Virus genome (UHGV): UHGV-1410950
DNA from: a virus
DNA: 64,000 bases
Direction: 5' to 3' (one strand)
A program made the translations under genes and the position numbers. Within the stretch, counting starts at the first letter, position 1. The number at the start of each line of letters is the position of its first letter. This document shows positions 9,427 to 18,277 of the stretch, piece by piece. Under the pieces are notes generated by a model, which worked only from the letters and a program-made list of their open reading frames with translations, had not been told where the DNA came from and made no database searches.

Positions 9427-9867
9427 TCAACGGCCTGCTGCCTTCTTGAGCTCCATGACGATGCAATGAAGCGTGTCCAGCTGTTCATCGGTCGCATGAC
9501 TCAGCAGCTGGCTCAGGCCAAATCCACCGCTCATTTCATTCTGGATAACGCTGCGCATCGCTGCCTTGCGCTGCTCGTAGGCAAAGTCAGCCTCGTCACG
9601 GTAAACGTCAAGCGCCGGATATCCACTGGTCTGCGGGACGTGGTTACGATTCCCCCAGTCCTTAATGGCAATGCGCTCCTGCCAGCATTCCGGCACGCTA
9701 TTGCTCTCTTTGGCGCGGTCAATGTCTGATTGCCGGGCGACGTAAAGCCATTTGGTTCCTTTGCGGACAACAATCATGATCCCGCGTGGAGGGCTGCGCC
9801 TATCGCGCGGGCCAATAAACAGGGTGTCGCCAGCTTTCAGGGCTTTCAGGTCGGTTTCTTTCAGCAT
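9427..9867 (-). CDS. hypothetical protein
   Basis: 146-aa ORF. N-terminal LKALKAGDTLFIGPRDR motif shared with the next gene. Confidence 0.55.
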   Translation of the reverse strand: MLKETDLKALKAGDTLFIGPRDRRSPPRGIMIVVRKGTKWLYVARQSDIDRAKESNSVPECWQERIAIKDWGNRNHVPQTSGYPALDVYRDEADFAYEQRKAAMRSVIQNEMSGGFGLSQLLSHATDEQLDTLHCIVMELKKAAGR

Positions 9868-9878
9868 GGGGGGAATCC

Positions 9879-10211
9879 TTAAATTTTGATTAAATGGGCT
9901 TTGTGAATACGCACGGTGCCGTAACTGTAGCGGCCTTTCTTGCGGATATTCAGCTCGTAATACTGCCGGAAGTCGATCCCCGGCTCATTCCAGTTAAGAG
10001 TCACGAAAATGCCATGGACGTGCAGGACATCCAGCGGGCGATCATTGCCACGGATAAACACGCGGTCGCCGGGCTTGAGCTCCTGCTTGGTGGATTGCAT
10101 CACCTCCAGCGCAAGATCAGCGTCTACCTCAGTCGCATGGTAGCCAGCCTGCCACGTATACCAGCCATTCGCGCCAGCTGCGCGGATATGGTTTTTAATT
10201 GAGTTGATCAT
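9879..10211 (-). CDS. hypothetical protein
   Basis: Start at internal ATG (MINSIKNH) with AAGGA ribosome-binding site (RBS). C-terminal LKPGDRVFIRGNDR motif. Confidence 0.5.
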   Translation of the reverse strand: MINSIKNHIRAAGANGWYTWQAGYHATEVDADLALEVMQSTKQELKPGDRVFIRGNDRPLDVLHVHGIFVTLNWNEPGIDFRQYYELNIRKKGRYSYGTVRIHKAHLIKI

Positions 10212-10251
10212 GGGTTGGTTCCTTAAATGCCGCATCCCTGCGGCGTGGTTA

Positions 10252-10857
10252 TTATGCTGCGATACCGCGCTGCCCGGTGGCGATTGCCAGACGAGCCTTG
10301 CGGTCATAGTGCCCGATCAGGCCCATGGTGATCAGGATGCCAGCCGCCAGCGAAATAACGACGAGCAGAATGACCAGCTGCGCCTGCTTACTGTCTTTGC
10401 TGTCTCCGCCCTTGAATAGCTTGCTCACGCTATCCCACGCGCCTGACACTCCACCATTAGCCGCGTTGTAGATGTTGTGGGCGCTGGCGAATGTGTTCCA
10501 TGCTGCTGCCCCCATGTTGGCCCAGTTGCGTTCCCGGTATGCCGCGATCCAGCTATGCACGGTGATCAGCAGCCCTGTACCGATAGCCGGGATAATGATG
10601 CCCAGATACCAGAGGCTGATTGCCGCCTGCGCATATTTCTCGTCGAGGTGCCCGGTAAGGTACGCCGCGTATACTTCAATGAAGATAATCACGCTGGAAA
10701 AGCCGATTGCGGCCTGAATAGCTCCGCACCAGACCAGCACCCGGATCCAGCCGCCAAGGCGTTTGGACTCGGCCCACATCGTCCCGCAGGTCTTGCAGTT
10801 GAACCAGCTGATCAGCAGGTTGAGGGCCAGAATTCCCCACAGCATTAACATTCCCAT
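10252..10857 (-). CDS. polytopic inner-membrane protein
   Basis: At least four hydrophobic helices. Start at MGMLML with AAAGGAAAC RBS. Confidence 0.55.
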   Translation of the reverse strand: MGMLMLWGILALNLLISWFNCKTCGTMWAESKRLGGWIRVLVWCGAIQAAIGFSSVIIFIEVYAAYLTGHLDEKYAQAAISLWYLGIIIPAIGTGLLITVHSWIAAYRERNWANMGAAAWNTFASAHNIYNAANGGVSGAWDSVSKLFKGGDSKDSKQAQLVILLVVISLAAGILITMGLIGHYDRKARLAIATGQRGIAA

Positions 10858-10900
10858 TTTGTTTCCTTTGAAAAGTGCCGGGAGCCTCCCGGCGCGGTTG

Positions 10901-11119
10901 TTATTTATCTTTCTCGCGGTTGTAGCGCTCATGGGTTAGCAGATCCCATGTATCGCCATTATCCCGGCTCAGCAAACGCCAGCGGATGCCGACCTTTAAC
11001 GAGATACCACCGCTGCGCTTGAGGTGGGTTATTGCTGCCTCTCCGCGCTGCCACATTTCCAGAATCTGCCCGGCTTTTATCAGCGCCTGAGCGGGAATTC
11101 CTTTCATTGCCTTGAACAT
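10901..11119 (-). CDS. hypothetical protein
   Basis: 72-aa ORF. Its ATG directly follows the U-run of hairpin 11121-11150, with the SD (GGTGAGG) inside the stem. Confidence 0.45.
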   Translation of the reverse strand: MFKAMKGIPAQALIKAGQILEMWQRGEAAITHLKRSGGISLKVGIRWRLLSRDNGDTWDLLTHERYNREKDK

Positions 11120-11120
11120 A

Positions 11121-11150
11121 AAAAAAGCCTCACCTTGGGTTGGTGAGGCT
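11121..11150 (-). terminator. terminator-like hairpin + U7 immediately before the start codon
   Basis: agcctcacc-ttgggttg-gtgaggct with A7 on + (U7 on the minus transcript). The next ATG is at 11119. Confidence 0.5.
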
Positions 11151-11180
11151 ATATTATTACGTCATGGGTGACGTGTCAAC
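11151..11180 (-). promoter_or_regulatory. sigma70-like promoter TTGACA-17-TAATAT with palindromic CGTCA-N4-TGACG spacer
   Basis: Minus strand reads TTGACAcgtcacccatgacgtaaTAATAT. The -35 overlaps the stop of gene 11176..11541. Confidence 0.5.
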
Positions 11181-11541
11181 GGGTCGGCACCACTTCTACA
11201 CCACCGTTGTAGTAGTCGCAGCGCACCCACATCTGAACATCCGGCCTGAACCGCGTCGGGCGCTGGGTTCGCCATCCCTGCCACGCCCCTGACTCACCTT
11301 TTGCGTAAATTTCCAGCTGCCCTACTTCAACCGTTGGCAGGTCACAGGCACGCATCCAGCGATAGTGTGGTTTGGTGCGACGAAGTGCCGGGCCGACCGC
11401 AGTATGCCAGTGGCGCAGCTGTGCCTCTGTCAGATGCTCAGGCCAGCGTGGCAAATCGGAATTCAGATGCTGAGGGTCAATCTGGAACAGGTACGCGTTA
11501 TACGCTGCCTCGCCCAGAGTCATCGCTTTAGCTCGGCTCAT
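11176..11541 (-). CDS. hypothetical protein
   Basis: Start MSRAKAMTLGEAAY, 2 nt after the upstream stop. Confidence 0.5.
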   Translation of the reverse strand: MSRAKAMTLGEAAYNAYLFQIDPQHLNSDLPRWPEHLTEAQLRHWHTAVGPALRRTKPHYRWMRACDLPTVEVGQLEIYAKGESGAWQGWRTQRPTRFRPDVQMWVRCDYYNGGVEVVPTR

Positions 11542-11542
11542 A

Positions 11543-11851
11543 TCAGTACGTCCTGAATCCGTTGCAGTTGCGCAGGAAGTCCACAAAGTCGGCCTTAAAC
11601 TCTTTGGCCCGGTCGGCTTCGGAACTAAACCAGCCCGGCGTCGGCTCCCACGCTTCGATGATGTCAGCCATCTTGCCAGCAGTGCGCGGAGAGACCACCC
11701 ACGGGTCAGTCGTTTTACGCTGCTCTACCTGCGGCAGCTTCGCCATGCCCGGCAGGAATACCAGCGTCCACCACGTACCATTGGCAATGTCATAGCCCGG
11801 CAGACGGTTCTCGTCGCCTTTACGGCGGCGGTCTTCGATAGAAATGGTCAT
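11543..11851 (-). CDS. hypothetical protein
   Basis: 102-aa ORF in a coupled array. Confidence 0.5.
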   Translation of the reverse strand: MTISIEDRRRKGDENRLPGYDIANGTWWTLVFLPGMAKLPQVEQRKTTDPWVVSPRTAGKMADIIEAWEPTPGWFSSEADRAKEFKADFVDFLRNCNGFRTY

Positions 11852-12111
11852 ACAGATTTATCCCCCGTGTAATCAGCCACTACCTTCCCGTTGTTGTCGT
11901 AATACTTGATCTGATACATCGGGTGGCAATTGTGTTTGTGTTTCCCATATTTCAGCTGGTTGGCAAAAACCACATCCAGATTGGCGCTGCCGTTCATCCC
12001 GGCGATGGTGCCGATATCGCCGGAAACCTCAACCATCATCCCCAGCTTGGCGAACGTGATCCCACGCGTGCGGGCCATGTCTTCTTCGAACTGCTTCGCC
12101 TTACTCACCAT
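11848..12111 (-). CDS. hypothetical protein
   Basis: Start MVSKAKQFEE with AGGAG RBS, overlapping the upstream stop. Confidence 0.5.
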   Translation of the reverse strand: MVSKAKQFEEDMARTRGITFAKLGMMVEVSGDIGTIAGMNGSANLDVVFANQLKYGKHKHNCHPMYQIKYYDNNGKVVADYTGDKSV

Positions 12112-12556
12112 CAGCCTGCTCCTTTGCTGGTTCGCGCAGGACACGGGCGTAATGCTCAGCGCGGGCGCAAATGTTGTTCATGCTGCTGCGCTCTTTGTCG
12201 AGCCAGTCAGCCTTGAATGCCGCCTTTTCTTCCTCAGGCAGGACGCTCAGGGCTTTCTCATATGCCCGGCGCTCAGCCATACTACCGATCAGGAATGACT
12301 CGAATACCTCAGCCAGCGCCTCTTTGTCGCACTGCTCAAAGGACTCCCCGACCGTTTTACCGAAGGTCTTCTGGAAAAACTCCTCGGTGCCGCCAAACAT
12401 GAACAGCGGGACTTTGCGAGGCTCAGTCTCAGTGTCGAGCTCAGTTGCGCCATACTGACCGCCCATGATGCCAACGGCGATAGCCGCGAGCTCATGCGTT
12501 GGTGCTTTAAAGGTGATTTTATCTGACAGGTTGATCAGCTCCCAGAGGCTCATGAT
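12101..12556 (-). CDS. hypothetical protein
   Basis: Start MSLWELINL in an ATGA overlap with the upstream gene. Confidence 0.5.
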   Translation of the reverse strand: MMSLWELINLSDKITFKAPTHELAAIAVGIMGGQYGATELDTETEPRKVPLFMFGGTEEFFQKTFGKTVGESFEQCDKEALAEVFESFLIGSMAERRAYEKALSVLPEEEKAAFKADWLDKERSSMNNICARAEHYARVLREPAKEQADGE

Positions 12557-12846
12557 GCTGGCTCCTCTTTTGGTTTGCCTTCGAACTTCTTGCCGCAGAA
12601 TGGGCAATAATTCATCGTCATAAACGAACTGCCATCAGTGCAGCGCTGAGCCAGCGAGCCATCTTTCTTGCGCTTGAGAAAGCGGAAGGTGTAAGGCACG
12701 GTGACGCTGGAGTGGTCGCCATCAGCCAGGACAAACACGCTGTTTGTCCAGTTGGCTTCTTCGATCTCTCCAATTTGATCGCCAAAGCGCTTGGTCAGGT
12801 GCTCTTTGAACTGAGCCCCCAGCTTTTTGAAACAATCACAGGCCAT
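12550..12846 (-). CDS. small zinc-ribbon protein
   Basis: CxxC ... CxxC (MACDCF ... YCPFCG). AAAGGA RBS. Confidence 0.5.
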   Translation of the reverse strand: MACDCFKKLGAQFKEHLTKRFGDQIGEIEEANWTNSVFVLADGDHSSVTVPYTFRFLKRKKDGSLAQRCTDGSSFMTMNYCPFCGKKFEGKPKEEPAS

Positions 12847-12922
12847 CAGGAATCCTTTTAGGGTTGGTTAAATAACCCGTAACGCACCGCGCTACGGGGC
12901 TTTATTGCTTGATGCGTAGTTG

Positions 12923-12950
12923 ATGATACGTTATGCGTGACGTAATGCAA
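12923..12950 (-). promoter_or_regulatory. sigma70-like promoter TTGCAT-16-TATCAT with CGTCACGCATAACG spacer
   Basis: Member of the recurring promoter family. A second CGTAAATAAT element lies just upstream at 12953-12975. Confidence 0.4.
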
Positions 12951-12981
12951 GTATTATTTACGCCACTGCTGACGCATGGAG

Positions 12982-13004
12982 TAAAAAAGGCCCCGTAGGG
13001 CCTT
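12982..13004 (-). terminator. rho-independent terminator after gene 13091..14410
   Basis: aggccc-cgta-gggcct preceded on + by A6. Confidence 0.55.
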
Positions 13005-13090
13005 CAGTTATTTACTGTAAACGGGGCTCAGACCGTGATCTGAGTGCCCGTGTCCTGCTCCCCCGGTCGGGGCATTCCATACCGGGGTTT

Positions 13091-14410
13091 TCACTTTGGG
13101 GCAGTGGTAGGCTTCGGCTCGACCGACGCTGGTTTGCCTGGCTGATTGCGGATCGTGGTAGCCAGCGCTCCCGGTCGCGTCGCAAAGTAGGTGTAACGCC
13201 ATTTCCCGGTCTGGGTCTCCCAGTATTTCACGCGCCAGCCTGAATCCTGATCTTCCCACGCCTCAGAGTAATACGCGGGCTTAGAATCGTTATCAGCATT
13301 GCGCTGCGCGATAGCTGCGGCCTCTCCGGTCGGCTTCCAGCCGTGCAGGTTGATCTCCTCACCTCCACGGTTCTGGATATGGCGCTGGTATTCAGCGCGA
13401 AGGGTGTCCTCAATTCTCGCCAGCTCAGCGGTTGCCTTGCAGCCTGCTGCCGTACAGTAGAAGTGTGTCAGCTGCTCGAAGCGGTCAAAGCCGTTGGTCA
13501 TGTTCAGGAACACTTTGGCCTTGCGGTCATACATCAGCTGGAGGTGTGGCTCCATCCATCCCTGCGTCGGGCGCTCTTTCATGTGAATGTGATACTCAGC
13601 CATTTCTGTCCGGTCGTGCGGGATCACATCCAGGCGGTACAGATAGCCCTGACGCCAGCAGCGCTTGTCTGTACGCAGGGTGCCATCGCTCAGCTCCTCC
13701 TCCGCGAGCTCCAGACGTTTCTCGCTGCCCGGCTTCACATCGGACAGGCCCAGCGAAACACGGCGGTGGACTTCCGCGATCATGCGCTGCGTCGTGTAAT
13801 GGGGTTGCAGGGTGATGACCAGACCGCTGATTTTGGCACGCAGCGGGGCCAGCGGGTGCAAGCGCTTCACCACGTCCTCAATGGTTTCATCGCGCTGCTG
13901 CAAATGCAGCTGCCCGGACTCCAGCGGCTCGTAATCATCAGGGGCGGCGTGATCCAGCGTCAGCTCCGGCTCCTCAACAGCGCGAGCCATCAGCTTTTTC
14001 AGGTCTGGGGTTGGGTTGGCTGGCGCTTCCAGCACTTCCTGAGGCACTACCGGACGCGTACCACGGCCCGCTAATTGCACCCAAGGCTCACCGCCAGAAG
14101 GGAATCGCTCATTCAGATTGAGCACGTACTCAGCATGGGCGAAGGCATCAGCCAGAGTCATCACCGGATCGATATGGATGGTCTTGCCGTCATAAATCAG
14201 GTCAATGGGTTGGTTTTCGGCGACGGCACGGCCTACGGCATTCAGGAGCGCTTCACCTTCTTCGGCATGGAGTTGAGGCACTTCTTGCTGCTGGGCTTTT
14301 ACCATTTCCAGACAGGACATAAATGACTCAGCTTTTGCCTCAGTAAACTTCTCATTGTGCAGGGCGTTAAATACAGCAACAGCGCGGGCAATAACGGATA
14401 ATTTCGACAT
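13091..14410 (-). CDS. hypothetical protein (439 aa)
   Basis: Long ORF with no recognised motifs. Confidence 0.6.
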   Translation of the reverse strand: MSKLSVIARAVAVFNALHNEKFTEAKAESFMSCLEMVKAQQQEVPQLHAEEGEALLNAVGRAVAENQPIDLIYDGKTIHIDPVMTLADAFAHAEYVLNLNERFPSGGEPWVQLAGRGTRPVVPQEVLEAPANPTPDLKKLMARAVEEPELTLDHAAPDDYEPLESGQLHLQQRDETIEDVVKRLHPLAPLRAKISGLVITLQPHYTTQRMIAEVHRRVSLGLSDVKPGSEKRLELAEEELSDGTLRTDKRCWRQGYLYRLDVIPHDRTEMAEYHIHMKERPTQGWMEPHLQLMYDRKAKVFLNMTNGFDRFEQLTHFYCTAAGCKATAELARIEDTLRAEYQRHIQNRGGEEINLHGWKPTGEAAAIAQRNADNDSKPAYYSEAWEDQDSGWRVKYWETQTGKWRYTYFATRPGALATTIRNQPGKPASVEPKPTTAPK

Positions 14411-14429
14411 TAAAGCATCCTTTGTTTAA

Positions 14430-14831
14430 TTAACTTTCTTGAAACAGCTTGTTGATTTCCAGCATTGCGGTACGGATAAAATCGCAGTGCGCTTTATTTC
14501 TTACGAGACTTACGTTATTCCGGCGTTCTAACTTCTTGGCTACCTCCATCACTAATTTCAGGCTCTCCGCGTTTGCATTAATCTCGCATTCGCGTTCTGC
14601 GGTGATCTCTGCCCACTTCTGGCCTACCGGGCGAACATGACGGCGCTCATAACGGTTTCCGCCCTCATACTCCCCGTTATGTTTGTAAAACTTCACGCCA
14701 GCCACAACGAACGTGTTTTTATAGACACGATCAACGGTTATTTTGCGGTACACGTTGAATGTGTGTGAGCCGGGAACATCCACGCGCTCAGTAATTAAAA
14801 CAACATCACCTTTCTTAACATTCTCGAACAT
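14430..14831 (-). CDS. hypothetical protein
   Basis: ATG directly follows a hairpin + U7. The SD (GGAGG) is inside the stem. Confidence 0.5.
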   Translation of the reverse strand: MFENVKKGDVVLITERVDVPGSHTFNVYRKITVDRVYKNTFVVAGVKFYKHNGEYEGGNRYERRHVRPVGQKWAEITAERECEINANAESLKLVMEVAKKLERRNNVSLVRNKAHCDFIRTAMLEINKLFQES

Positions 14832-14862
14832 AAAAAAAGTCCTCCGCTTGTGGGGAGGACTT
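14832..14862 (-). terminator. terminator-like hairpin + U7 abutting the start codon
   Basis: agtcctcc-gcttgtgg-ggaggact with A7 on +. Confidence 0.55.
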
Positions 14863-14888
14863 TAGCGCGTTATCTTTTTTGACGCAAG

Positions 14889-14917
14889 AATTATTTACGG
14901 CATACGTGACGCATCAA
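14889..14917 (-). promoter_or_regulatory. sigma70-like promoter TTGATG-17-ATAATT with CGTCACGTATGCCG spacer
   Basis: Minus strand reads TTGATGcgtcacgtatgccgtaaATAATT. Overlaps the stop of the ParB-methylase gene. Confidence 0.4.
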
Positions 14918-16425
14918 AAGGCATCGTCATCTTCATCAGGATCCGGCAGGTGCCGATCCTCGGTCTCCTCCGGGAATTCCTCTCCGGTGTAGAAGTGGAC
15001 GGCCTTGCGCCCGGTAAGGTTCTGCCAGCGACGAATCGCCACATCTGCGAATCCCAGATCCAGCTCCATCACGCGTGCGCATACGCCCATTCGCTCGGCG
15101 GCCACCAGTGAAGTACCAGAGCCGGAGAAGGGATCCACCATGATGTCATTGAGGCGCACGGTGTTCTTCATCATGCGCTCCCACAGCTCCACGGGCTTCT
15201 GCGTCGGGTGCAGGTCGCTGCGGTCAGGACGCGGCACGCTGACCACGCTGCCCAGCATTGACTCCACCTTGGCGTCGCCTTCCACCCGCATGATGAGATC
15301 GCCGTACTGGAAATACCAGTTACCCTCGGCATCCTGTTTGAATGGGCTTGAGTCGCCAAACTCCGCGACGGTCGTTTGCTTCCTGCCACCGTGCCAGCGG
15401 TGCTTGGCACCCTTGCGCCAGCCGTACAGGATTGGTTCATGGATGCTTTGGAAGTCAGCCATGCCCAGTGTCATGCTGTTCTTCTTCCAGATGACATTCT
15501 GGGAGAAGTGGAAACCGACCTTTTCAAACGCCCAGCGCAGGCCATGGGCCATCTTGTCGGAGTGGCTGATATAGGTCACGCCGCCCGGCTGCATCGCGTC
15601 ATAGGCGCAGCTCAGGACATTGACGAGGAACTGATTAAAGTCCTCCTCGTTTTTCCAGTCGTTAGCGATCCCGCCAGTGCGCGAGCGCTCGCCTCCGATA
15701 GCCTTATCCATGCGCTTATTCTTCTTGCCCACATCGACGTTATACGGGGGATCGGTCAGCATCATGTTGGCCTTCTCGCCCTGCATCAGCGCCAGCCAGC
15801 TTTCCGGCTGCTCAGCATCACCCACGTACAGGCGATGAGCGCCCAGCACCCACAGGTCGCCCGGACGGCTCTTTGGCTCATCAGGCAGCGGTGGGGCATC
15901 ATCAGGATCGCTGTCACCACCTCCTCCCTCCATCGGCGGCAGCTTCATGATCTCGTCCAGCTGCTCAGGGTCGAAGCCGATAACATCCAGATCGTAGTCC
16001 AGATCAGCCAGGGCATTCATTTCGATGCGCAGCATGTCCATGTTCCACTCGGACGCCCGGCCCAGCTGGTTATCCGCGATGATGTACGCGCGGCGCTTAG
16101 CCTCATCCCAGCCAGTGCAGTCCAGCGTCGGCACCATGCCAATAGGGATCGGCGTGCCATCCGGGAAAGCAATTTGCTTGCCCTCGCTGTACAGCTTCAT
16201 CGCTGCCAGCTGGCGTCCATGGCCTGCCACAATCCCTTGCTCATCGACGAGGATGGCATTAGTCCACCCGAATTCAAGCATCGACGCGGCGACCTTCTGG
16301 ACGTGTGCCGGGCTATGGTCATTTGAGTTGTTCACGTAGGGGATGAGGCTATCAACCGGGCGCAGCCGGATCATCGGGGGGATCACGTCCAGCCCCAGCA
16401 TCTTGTTAAAATCTTTATCAGCCAC
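14914..16425 (-). CDS. ParB-like nuclease domain fused to a DNA N6-adenine/N4-cytosine methyltransferase
   Basis: N-terminal ParB/Srx motif (GHGRQLAAMKL). Methyltransferase motif IV DPPY precedes motif I FSGSGTS, the beta-class order. Confidence 0.85.
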   Translation of the reverse strand: MADKDFNKMLGLDVIPPMIRLRPVDSLIPYVNNSNDHSPAHVQKVAASMLEFGWTNAILVDEQGIVAGHGRQLAAMKLYSEGKQIAFPDGTPIPIGMVPTLDCTGWDEAKRRAYIIADNQLGRASEWNMDMLRIEMNALADLDYDLDVIGFDPEQLDEIMKLPPMEGGGGDSDPDDAPPLPDEPKSRPGDLWVLGAHRLYVGDAEQPESWLALMQGEKANMMLTDPPYNVDVGKKNKRMDKAIGGERSRTGGIANDWKNEEDFNQFLVNVLSCAYDAMQPGGVTYISHSDKMAHGLRWAFEKVGFHFSQNVIWKKNSMTLGMADFQSIHEPILYGWRKGAKHRWHGGRKQTTVAEFGDSSPFKQDAEGNWYFQYGDLIMRVEGDAKVESMLGSVVSVPRPDRSDLHPTQKPVELWERMMKNTVRLNDIMVDPFSGSGTSLVAAERMGVCARVMELDLGFADVAIRRWQNLTGRKAVHFYTGEEFPEETEDRHLPDPDEDDDAF

Positions 16426-16960
16426 GTTCGATCACCACTCTAATGTTGGTTTCATTGCCATTGCCCTTATCCAGCCCCCACGCCTTACGCTCCCCGTTCT
16501 GGGTGTTGGTCAGCGTTTCGGAGGTGATTTTGGCGAGTTTAGCCAGATCAAAGTTTTTGTCTTTGATGGCCTGATAGGCGAGGGTGCGCGGGTAGTCCCA
16601 TTCCTTCTGGTGCTTCTCCAGCAGGTTGGCGCGAGCCAGCGCAGCGAACTCGGCGGTAATCTCATCCGCCAGCGCGTTGAGCTCGTCCTCAGTGACTACG
16701 CCCAGTTTGGCCCGGCGCTTCTTGAACTCCTCCAGCGCCTCTTTGCTCATCCCGCTCAGGTTGGGATCCTGCTTGCGCCAGCCCTCCACGCGGACTTTTC
16801 CAGAAATGGTGTCAGGCGCTACGTTAAATTCCTTGGCGAGAAGCGACGGCGTGGCTTCCGGGTCACTCTCGTAACGGATCCGCAGTGCCGTCCATGCCTC
16901 TGCCGACAGCTTGACGCGAGGCTTGCGCCCCGTGGCTTTTGTCTTACGCGGCGTCACCAT
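16418..16960 (-). CDS. putative DNA-binding protein (helix-turn-helix-like)
   Basis: Basic N-terminus, then LLAKEFNVAPDTISGKVRVEGWRK helix-turn-helix-like segment. Confidence 0.45.
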   Translation of the reverse strand: MVTPRKTKATGRKPRVKLSAEAWTALRIRYESDPEATPSLLAKEFNVAPDTISGKVRVEGWRKQDPNLSGMSKEALEEFKKRRAKLGVVTEDELNALADEITAEFAALARANLLEKHQKEWDYPRTLAYQAIKDKNFDLAKLAKITSETLTNTQNGERKAWGLDKGNGNETNIRVVIERG

Positions 16961-16995
16961 AATTTCCTCCTTTAGCGCCGTCCTTGGCGCGGGTG

Positions 16996-17241
16996 TTAAT
17001 GACTGGATTCCTGACGTTTCTTTTCCTCTGCGGTGCAGAGGTCAAGCAGCGTCTGCGAGTGGGCAGCGAAAGACTGCGCCAGCGTTGAGAGGCTGTTTCT
17101 CAGGTTGTGCATGTTGTGCTCATCGGCCTGCACGGCTACATGCGTCAGATGAGCAGCGGTGTTTGCACTGTCCTTTGCCAGCTCCAGCAGGTTTGGGAAC
17201 GGTGTGAACATCGAACAATTCAGCATCGAGGTTTCGGACAT
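16996..17241 (-). CDS. hypothetical protein
   Basis: GGAGAC RBS. Helical-looking sequence. Confidence 0.5.
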   Translation of the reverse strand: MSETSMLNCSMFTPFPNLLELAKDSANTAAHLTHVAVQADEHNMHNLRNSLSTLAQSFAAHSQTLLDLCTAEEKKRQESSH

Positions 17242-17524
17242 TTGGGGTCTCCTTGCGGACGAATAACTGGTGGAATCGTGCGGGCTGCAACAGGAGCGTG
17301 CCGCCTCGCGGCGCGGTAACGAGGTATTGTCCGGCCTGCGGGCGCATCAGGGTAGCCCACTCAGGATTCACCACCAGCGGCGCGATATCCTCATGGAACA
17401 CGATGACCATGCCTGCGGTCGGGTGCAATTTCATATCCCGGATGCGGTGCGCTGTCACCATGGGCAGCTGGTAGGGCACGCGGGGGCGATAATGGCTCAG
17501 GCCAAACGGGCTATTCTTCTGCAT
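17120..17524 (-). CDS. hypothetical protein (3' end overlaps the next gene by ~120 nt; the C-terminal ~40 aa look non-genuine)
   Basis: ORF overlaps 16996..17241 out of frame. Possibly a frameshift or sequencing issue. Confidence 0.35.
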   Translation of the reverse strand: MQKNSPFGLSHYRPRVPYQLPMVTAHRIRDMKLHPTAGMVIVFHEDIAPLVVNPEWATLMRPQAGQYLVTAPRGGTLLLQPARFHQLFVRKETPNVRNLDAELFDVHTVPKPAGAGKGQCKHRCSSDACSRAGR

Positions 17525-17912
17525 GACTTCCTACCCATCCAAACGGGGTTTTATAAAATCCAGCCTCGATCATGGAGGCTTCGGACAGCTTCTTGAGGCG
17601 GGCGTACAGCTCAGGCGCTTTTCCGGTGCCAGATTCCTGACCTTTCCGGTAGAGCGCAGCCAGCACATCCCACTCATCCAGATACGGAGCAAGGCGCGGG
17701 CAGTTGAGTTTCATCAGATCGAAACGGGATCGCAGCTCCGGCACGGCTTCCATCAGGCGATAACAGCGACCAAAGTCAGACGGGTCATGCGGGATGTCTC
17801 CGCCTTTTACCGGGCGAATAGCAGCTTTCAGCATGGTTTTTGATGATGAGCCAGTATCGTTACCCAGCGACCACTCCAGCAGCTTAAACATCGTATCGAC
17901 TGGCATACTCAT
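17511..17912 (-). CDS. hypothetical protein
   Basis: 133-aa ORF. Confidence 0.5.
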   Translation of the reverse strand: MSMPVDTMFKLLEWSLGNDTGSSSKTMLKAAIRPVKGGDIPHDPSDFGRCYRLMEAVPELRSRFDLMKLNCPRLAPYLDEWDVLAALYRKGQESGTGKAPELYARLKKLSEASMIEAGFYKTPFGWVGSHAEE

Positions 17913-18205
17913 GCGCCGGGCCCTCCAGCAACGTGACGCGCCGGGCCATCAGCAGGCCATCCGCCATCAACGGGAGCGGCTGACGGCTTCGGGTATTCGC
18001 GGGTGTCATTCACATCGCGCAGGCAGGTGATAGCGCGGTTGTACGCCGTCCAACAGGTTACGCCCAGCTCGCTGTCATGCACGCGGGAGACTACGCCTGT
18101 GATTTTGGTTTCCTTCGACGGGTAATTTGCTGTCTGGTCTGGATCATCGCAGGAGGCGACCAGAAACGGCACCAGTGCGGCGATCAGCAGTTTGGCCTTC
18201 ATCAT
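17909..18205 (-). CDS. lipoprotein
   Basis: Signal peptide with lipobox LVASC. AAGGA RBS. Confidence 0.6.
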   Translation of the reverse strand: MMKAKLLIAALVPFLVASCDDPDQTANYPSKETKITGVVSRVHDSELGVTCWTAYNRAITCLRDVNDTREYPKPSAAPVDGGWPADGPARHVAGGPGA

Positions 18206-18220
18206 TGGGTTGTCCTTGTT

Positions 18221-18248
18221 AAAAAGCGCTCAGAGAGCGTCTGAGCGC
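18221..18248 (-). terminator. rho-independent terminator after the MT-A70 methylase gene
   Basis: gcgctcaga-gagcgt-ctgagcgc with A5 on +. Confidence 0.55.
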
Positions 18249-18277
18249 GTTATGGTTGATTCTATTCTTTTTTGCGA

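Noticed and set aside
13008-13413. Small ORFs 13008..13259 and 13228..13413
   Set aside because: They fall in an intergenic region that contains a promoter, a terminator and 5' hairpins, and partly overlap the end of gene 13091..14410. No ribosome-binding sites.
15376-16326. 316-aa plus-strand ORF
   Set aside because: Antisense to the ParB-methylase gene, which has unambiguous motifs.
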